From Mustelus asterias (Eukaryota), in NCBI RefSeq assembly GCF_964213995.1, contig NC_135818.1, positions 24,056,001 to 24,120,000 on the forward strand: a stretch of 64,000 bases of DNA. The letters run 5' to 3'. Numbering within the stretch: the stretch's first letter is position 1; every line of letters begins with the position of its first letter. A program made the position numbers and the translations under genes. Under the pieces are notes generated by a model. The model worked only from the letters and a program-made list of their open reading frames with translations, was not told where the DNA came from and searched no databases. Below are positions 36,401 to 48,400 of the stretch, piece by piece.

Positions 36401-39400
36401 TTAGTGATGTTGATTGAAGGATAATTATTGACCAGAACATTGGGAAGAACTCCTGCAGTAAGTGTCATGGAATCTTTAACTTCGACTCGAGAGAGAACAG
36501 ATGGGCCTGTGGCTTAACATCTCCAGAAGACCATACAACACTTGTTCAGTACTGCGTTAAAAGGAGAGTCCAGATTTCTGTCCTTATGTCTTTGGTCTGG
36601 GACATGAACCCACGACATTTTGATGCAGGCAAGAGTGCTATCAACTAAGTCAGGCTTGTCGAACCTTTTGGTGTAGGGGTGGATCACATTTCATTTTTTT
36701 TTGTCACTCAAGGGACTGATGAGCAAGTTTTGGAAGAAAAAGATTTGAAACAATGTTGGACATGAACTTTAAAAAAAACTGGTATGAAAAAAAAATCAAA
36801 GCAACAAATTCATAATTTAAAAAATTTTTGGAAGCGGCATCTCGGCCTTTTGGCTGGGATGCAAATGAGCTCAAGTCTTGGAGGAGGATCCTCCCCCTTC
36901 TCCAATCAGCTTGGCTCATGTAGATCAGGCCCAGGACAGGGTGGTTTGGTCGCTCGCCCTGTCTTGTCAGCCTAGATCTGAAATGTCTCAACTTGTTGAG
37001 ACTCTGAATTGGATTTGATTTGATTGAATTGGAAAAGTATATTAAAAAAAAGTCACAAATAAAGATGACCATTCACTACATATGAGAGTGCATGAGAGCA
37101 TATGTTAGTGTGTGGAGTGAGAGCGAATGAGAAGCCCAAGACTGGGAGTGAACCAGCCTTATACACACCATCTTGTTTGCCTCCTCTCCCTCTAGAGAAC
37201 ACATTCCCCCTCGTTTTCTCTTCCCCTCCCCCACCTCCATTCTCTCATACCCTCACATGCCCTCTCCCCCCCCCCCCCCCAACTCCTTGCTCACTCGCTC
37301 TCCTCTCATCTCTGCCCCCTCGCACTCGCCCCCTCACTCTTCCCCTCCCTCCCCTCACTCCGCCTTTGCATCCTCCCCCCCCCCCCCCCCCCCCTCGCTC
37401 TCATGGCCCCCTCTTCCCTTGCTCTCTTCCTCTTCGCAATTGTCATTTTAAAATTTTTTGGGTGTGCTTTTCTCTCCCTACTTAAGGGCTGCTGGAAGAC
37501 TGGGGATAAAGCCTATGGCCTTCTAATCTGAGTGGCTCAGTGCTATACCAGGCCTTTATTTACTAGTGCTTTTCATTGAAATTTTCATTTGATGTATGGA
37601 ATTGGGGAAATCCAAGTTACTCATTAATCAGAGCTGCAACCTGCTGTGGCAACAATGCAGAAGCTGCTGACTGAAGTGAGCTGAGCATTCAGATATCATC
37701 AGCAAGTTCATGCATGGCTGATGATGGTGCTCACAAAGTTCACCTGCATTGCAGAACGCTGAGGTTTTCACCCACCTTTGGATGTCCTATATAATCTTCA
37801 TCTTTTGAAGAATTTCCATGGCAATGATTGTTTTGGAAGAACAAAAGCTTGTATTTAAGTAGCACTTTTCATATTTCATTTTTCATGTCCCAAAGCACTG
37901 TACAACCAATGATGTACTTTTGAAGTGTAATCGCTGGAAACATACATAGCAGCCAGCTTCCAACAGACAGTAATGTAACACTGACCAGATGAACTGTTTT
38001 ATGTGATGTTGAATTAGAGGGAACTATCGGTCCGAACACCAAAGAGAATTCCCCTCTTTTCTGGAATAGTGGCATAGGATCTTTTATGGCTATCTAAAAG
38101 ACAGGACCTCAGTTCAGCATCTCACCCCTAGTGTAGCACTCTGCTGGACTATAAGCCTTGATTTTTCTGCTCAAATCCTGGAGTGAAATGTACTACCGCA
38201 TGGTAGGTTGTTACCTAAGGTTAAATCTCATGGGATCCAGGGTGATGTAGCTAAATGGATACAAAATTGGCTTGATGACAGAAGCCAGAGGATGGTTGTA
38301 GAGGGTTGTTTTTCAAACTGAAGGCCTGTGACCAGCGGTTTGCCTCAGGGATCGATGCTGGGTCCATTGTTATTTGTCATTTATGTTAATGATTTGGGTG
38401 AGAATATAGGAGGCGTGGTTAGTAAGTTTGCAGATGACACCAAGATTGGTGGCATAGTGGACAGTGAAGAAGGTTACCTCGGATTGCAACAGGATCTTGG
38501 GCTGATGAATAGCAGATGGAGTTTAACTTAGATAAATGCAAGGTGATGCATTTTGGTAGATTGAACCAGGGTAGGACTTACTCAGTTCATAGAACATAGA
38601 ACATTACAGCGCAGTACAGGCCCTTCGGCCCTCGATGTTGCGCTGACCAGTGGAACCAATCTAAAGCCCCTCTAATCTACACTATTCCAATATCATCCAT
38701 ATGTTTATCCAATACCATTTGAATGCTCTTAATGTTGACGAGTCCACTACTGCTGCAGGTAGGGCATTCCACGCCCTTACTACTCTCTGAGTAAAGAACC
38801 TACCTCTAACATCTGTCCTATATCTCTTACCCCTCAATTTAAAGCTATGTCCCCTCGTGCTAGCCATCACCATCCGAGGAAAAAGGCTCTCACTATCCAC
38901 CCTATCTAATCCTCTGATCATCTTGTATGCCTCTATTAAGTCACCTCTTAACCACCTTCTCTCTAACGAAAACAACCTCAAGCCCCTCAGCCTTTCCTCA
39001 TACGATTTTCCCACCATACCAGGCAACATCCTGGTAAATCTCCTCTGCACCCTTTCCAACACTTCCACATCTTTCCTATAATACGGCGACCAGAACTGTA
39101 CGCAATACTCCAAATGCGGCCGTACCAGAGTTTTGTACAGTTGCAGCATGACCTCCTGGCTCTGAAACTCAACCCCTCTACCAATAAAAGCTAACACACC
39201 GTACGCCTTCTTAACAACCCTATCAACCTGGGTGCCAACTTTCAGGGATCTCTGCACATGGACACCCAGATTCCTCTGTTCATCCACACTACCAAGTATC
39301 TTACCATTAGCCCAGTGCTCTGTATTCCTGTTACTCCTTCCAAAGTGAATCACCTCACACTTTTCTGCATTAAACTCCATTTGCCACCTCTCAGCCCAGC

Positions 39401-42400
39401 TCTGCAGCTTATCTATGTCCCTCTGTAACCTGCCACTTCCCTCCGCACTGTCTACAACTCCACCGACTTTAGTGTCATCCGCAAATTTACTAATCCATCC
39501 TTCCACGCCCTCATCAAGGTCATTAATAAAAATGACAAACAGCAGTGGCCCCAAAACAGATCCTTGCGGTACACCACTAGTAACTGAACTCCAGGATGAA
39601 TATTTCCCATCAACCACCACCTTTTGTTTTCTTGCAGCTAGCCAATTCCTGATCCAAACCACTAAATCACCCTCAATCCCATGTGTCCGTATTTTCTGCA
39701 AAAGCTTACCATGGGGAACCTTATCAAACGCTTTGCTGAAATCCATATACACCACATCAACCGCTTTACCCTAATCCACCTCTTTGGTCACCTTCTCAAA
39801 GAACTCAATAAGGTTTGTGAGGCACGACCTACCCTTCACAAAACCGTGCTGACTATCCCTAATCAAATTATTCCTTTCTAGGTGATTATAAATCCTATCT
39901 CTTATAATCCTTTCCAATACTTTGCCCACAACAGAAGTAAGGCTCACCGGTCTATAATTACCAGGGTTGTCTCTACTCCCCTTCTTGAACAAGGGGACAA
40001 CATTTGCTATCCTCCAGTCTTCTGGCACTGTTCCTGTAGACAATGACGACACAAAGATCAAAGCCAAAGGCTCTGCAATCTCCTCTCTAGCCTCCCAGAG
40101 AATCCTAGGATAAATCCCATCCGACCCAGGGGACTTATCTATTTTTACCCTTTCCAGAATTGCTAACACCTCCTCCTTATGAACATCAATCCCATCCAGT
40201 CCAACAGCCTGCATCTCAGTACTCTCCTCGACAACACTGTCCCTCTCCAGTGTGAATACCGACGAAAAATATTCATTTAGTGCCTCTACCTAATGGTAGG
40301 TTGTTGGGGAGAGTTACAGAACAAAGAGATCTAGGGGTACAGGTTCATAGCTCCTTGAAAGTGGAGTCACAGGTGGACAGAGTGGTGAAGAAGGCATTTA
40401 GCATGCTTAGTTTCATTGGTCAGAACATTGAATACAGGAGTTGGAGTGTCTTGTTGAAGTTGTACAAGACATTGGTAAGGCCACAGTTGGTATACTGTGT
40501 ACAGTTCTGGTCACCCTATTATAGAAAGGATGTTACTAAACTAGAAAGAGTGCAGAAAAGATTTACTAGGATACTACTGGGACTTGATGGTTTGAGCTAT
40601 AAGGAGAGGCTGGATAGACTGGGACTTTTTTCTCTGGAAGGTAGGAGGCTGAGGGCCGATCTTATAGAAGGTCCATAAAATAATGAGGGACACAGATCAG
40701 CTAGATAGTCAACATCTTTTCCCAAAGGTCGGGGGGTCTAAAACTAGAGGGCATAGGTTTAAGGGGAGAGATACAAAAGGGTCCAGAGGGGCAGTTTTTT
40801 CACACACGGTGGTGAGTGTCTGGAACAAGCTGCCAAAGGTAGTAGTAGAGGCGGGTACAATTTTGTCTTTTAAAAAAACGTTTGGACAGTAACATGGGTA
40901 AGATAGGTATAGAGGGATATGGGCCAAGTGCGGGTAATTGGGATTAGCTTAGTGGTTCAATAAAAGGACAGCATAGACAAGTTAGGCCGAAGGGCCTGTT
41001 TCCATGCTGTAAACCTTTATGACTCTATGAATACTATCCACTTATCTGGATAATTGCAGATCCAACCATATTCAAGTTTGACACCATCCAGAACAGCCTG
41101 CTTAATTGGCACTACATGCACCACCTGAAACATTCACTCCATCCATTGTGATAGCAGCATGTTCCATCTATCAGAAGCACTGCAGCAATTTGCCTTTGAT
41201 AGCATCTTCTAAAACCACAATCTCAACCACCTAGAAGAACAAGGCAGCACATGCATTGGAACCCACCAGCTGCTGGTTAGCCTCAACACCATCCTGCCTT
41301 GGAATTATATTGCCACTCCTTCACTATTGGTGGGTCAAAATCATAGAACTCCCTCCCTAGAAACACTAAAGTTCAAGAAGGCTATCACCTTGTCAAGAGC
41401 AATTAGGTACAGATAAATGAAAGCTTTGCCAACACTACCCGCACCCCATGAATGAATAAAAAAATCTTGACACGCCCAATTACAGCACAGCCAAATTTAG
41501 TTATTTCTATGGCTTCATCTGTTACTTCCCCAAACAGTGTACTATCATTTTCCCTATTTAAATAGACTACAAATGAATGCTGAAGTTAACAGGTTGAAGT
41601 AGCCATGTATAAGAAAATATGGTGGCATGTCTATATTCATGGTGAGTTCAACTTAGTTTGGATTGATTCTGTGGCAGTTTCCCCACTCCAGAATTTGTTT
41701 TTGTGATGCGGATGACACAGGCAAGGCAGCACCTATTGTCTATCCCCGATTGCCCCTAATTGACAAGAGCATTTTGGAGAGCATATAAGAGTCAACCACA
41801 TTGCTGTGGGTCTGGAGTCTCACACAGAGGCCTGAATAGATAAGGACAACAGATTTCCTTCCTTTAAGGACATGAATGAGCCAGGTGTGCTTTTATGACA
41901 ACTGAGCAGTTACATGATCGCATTACTTATCCAAATTTATTCCAGATCTATTAATTGTGTCAACGCTGTGGTGGGATTTGAACTGATGTCTCTCATTAGT
42001 GTTAGTCTCTGACTTATTGGTCCAGTAACATAACCACCGTTGCGTGCATTTGGGGAACTCTCCTGGCTGCAACTTATCTTTTTGCATCATGAATTTGACT
42101 AGGATGAGCATGATATATTCATTTTAGGTATGATTCAACAACCCTCAAGAGAGCTTTTATCAAACAAAGTTTATTTAAGAATATAGTTAACATGTATAGA
42201 AAGAAAATTAGCAATACCTTTTAACAATTACAAACAAAAAGAACAAAGAAAACAACCACAATCATGTATTAACTCTTAATTGAATATTAAAGCTGTTCCA
42301 ACAAACCAAAAACCTTTCACAAACAAAACCCTTTTCACAGGCTTAACACAGCATAGATTAAAACCTCACTTGACTGGGATTGAGTCTTTTCGAAGGCTGC

Positions 42401-45400
42401 ACTTTCCTTCCGGAAGGCAAAACGTTGCCTTGAGATAACCAGCAGACTTTCCAAATAGAACAGGGAGACAGAGACTTCAGCTTCTTTCTTGATGCCCCTG
42501 CTAAAAACTAAACTGCAGCCTTCGAACTCTCTAAACTGGAATCTTACAAGGGAAAAAAAACTGTCCAAAACATACGACCTTTTCTCCTAACAATGCAGGA
42601 TTGTAAACTAATCCCAGAGTAACCATAAATAACCCCACTTAAGCTTTGAAATAACAATAAAAGGACAATTCCAGTCAAGTCAGGAACAATAATGACATCA
42701 CTGAAGCTTTGAGCTAAGAAATCACTGAAGCTGTGAGAGCTGCAGAGAAATGTAAAAAAAACCTTTCTTAAAAGGGGCACTAACGTCACACCAATGCTGT
42801 CAGCTACAAGGGGAAATGTAAAATTAAAAGCCTCCAAAGACATTTTGAAGGTGCTAAGCACATGGGGTAATGGTAATTAGCATGAGCAAAGATTTTGATC
42901 AGGCTTTAAAGGGCTACCAGTTAAGTAGCATGTCTTGGTAGGGATAGGAGGAGTAAGGCTGTAATATTTTTAAGGCTTGGCTCCTTGTGGGCTAGGATGT
43001 CAGAATGAGTGAAATCAAGGATTTGGAGTAGAAGAAGTAGGTTGAATTAAGGTCATGTAGACTCTTTGAAATCGGGACTAGGATTTTCAAGACCAGAAGA
43101 GGAAATGGAGGAAATAGACAAACAACATTTTTATTTTCTATTTTCAGAATCCAAGAAGTGCTCAAGGTGATAGTAAAGATAATACAACAGTTGAAGTAAA
43201 TCCCCCTCCGCACACTACATTTGAGGTGAGTACAGCAGAAATGTGTAAGTTCACTTGGTGACTTTCGAAGAGAAACTTTTATTAAAGACTACAATTATTT
43301 AAGGCCTTGATAACGTCACAGCGAGAGTACTGAGTGCAGTTTTGGTCTCCTGAGCAAAGAAGGGATATATTTGTCTTGAAGGGAGCAGAATGAAGCCTCA
43401 CCTAGTTTGATTCCTGGAATAAGAATATTGTCTGATGAGGAGAGATTAGATAGACTGGTCTTGTATTTCCGAGAATTTAGAAGAATAGGCTATTTGAAAC
43501 ATATAAAATTCCTACAGGGCTTGAATAAATTCTGGAAGAACATTCTCCTAGCTGAAGACTCTAGAACATGGGGTCACAGTTTCAGAATAAGGGTTGACTA
43601 TTCAGCACATAGATAAGGAAAGATTTCTTCACTTAAGCATTGTGAATTTTGGGAATTCTGTACTCCGGAGATTTGTGGATGTCAATGGTTGAGTATATTC
43701 AAGAAAGAGATGTTTTGAGGTACTGAAGGATATGTGATTAGAACAGGAAGATTAATCAATATTATTACATTATTGAATGGCAGAACAGGATTGAAACTCC
43801 AAATGGCCTATTCCTGCTCCTGTTTCTTGTGTGTTTAAAATAATTTCAGTGCAAATTATAGTGGGCAGTTAACTATTGTAATTACGGAACTGAGGATAAT
43901 TAATTGAGTGGCACTCTACAGACTTATCTGTTTGTGGAGTCAAAAAAATTCTTTAAAACTCTGTCTTCCTCCTGAGGGATTTCCACTCCTCTGCTTCAAA
44001 CGGTTAATCTGATCACAAGCCAAAAGCAGCTATACAAGTTCCACAGGTACGATCTTAATGCAAAAGACACACCATTCAACATTTTCTCTCACATTTGCTG
44101 ACAGGTCCAGCATTCTTGGTCTTCTTTCCAGCTGAGTTAACCGACTGAGACCGAGTTCCTCCACCACCCCGGCTCACATTGGCTAGTTCAATGTCTCAAC
44201 TCAAGCAAGTTCCCAGCTTCTCAGGCACACAGCTGCCAACAATTGCTTCTGGGCTCCCCTGAACTCCAACTCTGAGCAATACAGAGCTACCAGCAGCTCC
44301 AGGGCTTTCCTGAGACCTATCAGCGCAGAACTAATAGCAGTGCTTCAGCCGCATGGGACGAACTCACCTCCTCTTCTGCTTCCCACCACCTGTTGTGACC
44401 ATTTTCAATTTCTGAAGAGGGTTTGCCCTTCCTAAGCAAGGTGTAATATATGCAACCTTTGTAGATGGGTATATTCAGTGCCTTAAATGTTACAATCTTC
44501 CAATCCACCAGAGCTCCCCTGTCCCTCCCCCCCCCCCCCCCCCGCGTCCCTCATCCCCCCGCCCCCCCCCCTGTCGTCGTCCCCCGTCCCCGTCCCCCTC
44601 CCCTGTCCCCGCCACCCCCTCCCCTGTCCCCCGCCCCCCCTCCCCTGTCCCCCGCCCCCCCTCCCCTGTCCCCCGCCCCCCCTCCCCTGTCCCCCGCCCC
44701 CCCTCCCCTGTCCCCCGCCCCCCCTCCCCTGTCCCCCGCCCCCCCTCCCCTGTCCCCCGCCCCCCTCCGCTGTCCCCCGCCCCCCCTCCGCTGTCCCCCG
44801 CCCCCCCTCCGCTGTCCCCCGCCCCCCCTCCGCTGTCCCCCGCCCCCCCTCCGCTGTCCCCCGCCCCCCCTCCGCTGTCCCCCGCCCCCCCTCCGCTGTC
44901 CCCCGCCCCCCCTCCGCTGTCCCCCGCCCCCCCTCCGCTGTCCCCCGCCCCCCCTCCGCTGTCCCCCGCCCCCCCTCCGCTGTCCCCCGCCCCCCCTCCG
45001 CTGTCCCCCGCCCCCCCTCCGCTGTCCCCCGCCCCCCCTCCGCTGTCCCCCGCCCCCCCTCCGCTGTCCCCCGCCCCCCCTCCGCTGTCCCCCGCCCCCC
45101 CTCCGCTGTCCCCCGCCCCCCCTCCGCTGTCCCCCGCCCCCCCTCCCCCTGTCCCCCCCTCCCCTGTCCCCCCCTCCCCTGTCCCCCCCTCCCCTGTCCC
45201 CCCCTCCCCTGTCCCCCCCTCCCCTGTCCCCCCCTCCCCTGTCCCCCCCTCCCCTGTCCCCCCCTCCCCTGTCCCCCCCTCCCCTGTCCCCCCTCCCCTG
45301 TCCCCCCTCCCTGTCCCCCCTCCCCTGTCCCCCCCTCCCCTGTCCCCCCCTCCCCTGTCCCCCCCTCCCCTGTCCCCCCCTCCCTGTCCCCCCCTACCCT

Positions 45401-48400
45401 GTCCCCCCCTACCCTGTNNNNNNNNNNNNNNNNNNNNNNNNNNNNNNNNNNNNNNNNNNNNNNNNNNNNNNNNNNNNNNNNNNNNNNNNNNNNNNNNNNN
45501 NNNNNNNNNNNNNNNNNNNNNNNNNNNNNNNNNNNNNNNNNNNNNNNNNNNNNNNNNNNNNNNNNNNNNNNNNNNNNNNNNNNNNNNNNNNNNNNNNNNN
45601 NNNNNNNNNNNNNNNNNACCCCACCCCCCCACCCCTCCTCCCTGCCCGGTCCCCCCCCACCCCCACACCCCCTCTTGCCCGGTCCCCCCCCACCCCCACC
45701 CCCTCTGCCCGGTCCCCCCCACCCCACACCCCCTCTGCCCGGTCCCCCCCACCCCCACCCCCTCTGCCCGGTCCCCCCACCCCCACCCCCTCTGCCCGGT
45801 CCCCCCCACCCCCACCCCCTCTGCCCGGTCCCCCCCACCCCCACCCCCTCTGCCCGGTCCCCCCCACCCCCTCTGCCCGCTCCCCCCCACCCCCACCCCC
45901 TCTGCCCGCTCCCCCCTCACCCCTCTGCCCGCTCCCCCCCTCACCCCCTCTGCCCGGTCGCGCCCCCTCTGCCCGGTCCCCCCACCCCCTCTGCCCGGTC
46001 CCCCCCCCCCCCTGCCCGGTCCCCCCCCCCCCCCCCCACCCCCTCTGCCCAGTCCCACCCCCTCTGCCTGGTCCCCCCCCCCCACCCCCTCTGCCCGGTC
46101 CCCCCCTCTCCCCGCCATCGCTCTCCCCCGCCCCCCCCCCCTCTCTCTGCCGTCGCCCCCCCGCCGTCGTCCCCCGTCTCTCCCCCGCCCGTCCCCAACC
46201 CAGTTGTTAACTCACAAAACACACAGCAAAATGCAAAAAATATTGATTTCCTCACGACCTGTGGAACTTTCACCCTATAGTGTTTGAAAACGTGTATTGA
46301 TTCAGTAATATTTCCCAATTTATCTCATCTCTTTTACCAATTTTGGTAAAGCCTCACATGATCGGCTTAGCTCTTGCTGGGTTTCTCTAAAATTCCTTGA
46401 ACTATGAAGTTCAAAGACAAAACTAGTGAGGTGTTTTTAACCACATTTAATCTTCTGTAATATTCTTCTGCTGAGATTAATCCTCTGAGATTGGGGCCAA
46501 GGAGTTAAATTGGCATTCAATCTGGCAGGCCTGGGACTTGGGTACTGAAAGAACGCGTTGCAATTTTCAGGAATGAATCCTGATCAAGTCCAGGTTAGCG
46601 GTGGCTAATTTGGTGTATTTGCATTTTATGTTTATTGTCTTGTGGGAATACTATGAAATTAAATGCAAGTGCTGAAAATCAAAGGACAGATCACTGCCGA
46701 ATCTGTGAATGAGTACTGCAGAATCACTTTAATATTTTTTGCAGTCTTTTTCTTTCTTTCTCAATATCTGTTTACAAATTTCAGCGACTGGTTTGCCTCA
46801 TTGACTCTTCTTTCTCCATAGTTCACTGATTACTTGACTTTGTAGTTTTATCACAGGACATTCAGTCACAACATTGGTTAAACGGTCCCACGTTGGTGCT
46901 TTACTAGTCACACATTGGTTAACTTGTTCACGCTGTGTTTTACTTCTCATGCCTTTAACAGTCTTTAGAAATGGTATTGATTTTCATGTTTGATTGTAAC
47001 CTAGCTGCAGTCTTCTGTTGAACTAAAGTTAAACTGAAAACCAAAAAGGATCAAGTATATGGTTCCTGACCCGCATAAAGGGCTAATTGCCAATTAAGCT
47101 GGATGCACTCCAGTTTTTCTCAGTTCATGAATTATTGGACCCACTTGTAATGGTACCACTTTCACTCTCCAAAAAATAGCTAAACAAGTATGTAACAAGA
47201 ACCCCCCAAGTGTTTCTTCCATCTGTGGAGTGTATAGAGTTATCACCAACCTAATCTTACTTCATGGTATAATAATCCAGAGAAAGATAAAATTAAATAG
47301 TGGCAGCAAAACTGATGACTTAAGGGAGAGAGGGAGGGGGGATGAACTGACAGCTGTGGCCTGTCCCTTCAGCCTTGGACAACTACGAATGAAATGAAAC
47401 AAGAATTACTGAAGAGCAATGTATGCAGTCATATCTTGACTATCCATTACTTGAAGCAAAAAAGATATTTTTTTTTGGACACAAGTTTCCATTGCCACGT
47501 AAACTAGTTGGATGCGGCCCAGTACCTGATATAATATGGCCGGGGAATGCAACTTTTTGTTTTTCTGGTCATTTTCCATCCTAAAGGAAAGCACATGAAA
47601 ATTTGGTTCCTTTCTCATTGTTGTGCATGTTCTTTATTTCCTTAAACAGAGGCCTGGCTTGTTCACAAGTTGGGAAGATGGGCCATATTTATTTATAATT
47701 AAAATCCAAGCATCAAAGAAAGAGTCAAAGAAAGAAGAAAACAGCCAAGACATAAAATCCACAACAAAAGTAACTAACCAGATAACGAATAAAAGTAAAG
47801 GGCAGGCAAATGCAAAGAAGAAGGCTGTGCCAGCAGAGGAAGATCATTTGTCACTTACAAGTAAGTACTGTTCATTAACTTGGACGTTGTCACTTCGAAC
47901 ATAGAACAGTGCAGGCCCTTCGGCCCTCGATGTTGTGCCGAGCTTTGTCCAATACCAAGATCAAGCTACCCACTCCCTATCATTCTGGTGTGCTCCATGT
48001 GCCTATTCAATAACCGCTTGAAAGTTCCTAAAGTGTCCGACTCCACTATCACAGCAGGCAGTCCATTCCACACCCCAACCACTCTCTGAGTAAAGAATCT
48101 ACCTCGGACATCCCTCCTATATCTCCCACCATGAACCTTATAGTTATGCCCCCTAGTAACAGCTACATTTACCCGAGGAAATAGTCTCTGAACGTCCACT
48201 CTATCTATCCCCCTTATCATCTTATAAACCTCTATTAAGTCGCCTCTCATCCTCCTCTGCTCTGAAGAGAAAAGCCCCAGCTCCCTCAACCTTTCCTCAT
48301 AAGACCTACCCTCCAAACCAGGCAGCATCCTGGTAAATCTCCTTTGCACTCTTTCCAATGCTTCCACATCTTTCTTATAGTGAGGTGATCAGAACTGCAC

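Noticed and set aside
36840-36870. Functional U2 snRNA gene
   Set aside because: Only the 5' ~25 nt match; no branch-point recognition GTAGTA or Sm site.
44465-46318. Long Pro- or Gly-rich ORFs (450-600 aa) on both strands
   Set aside because: They are translations of a stop-free C-rich minisatellite running through an N gap.
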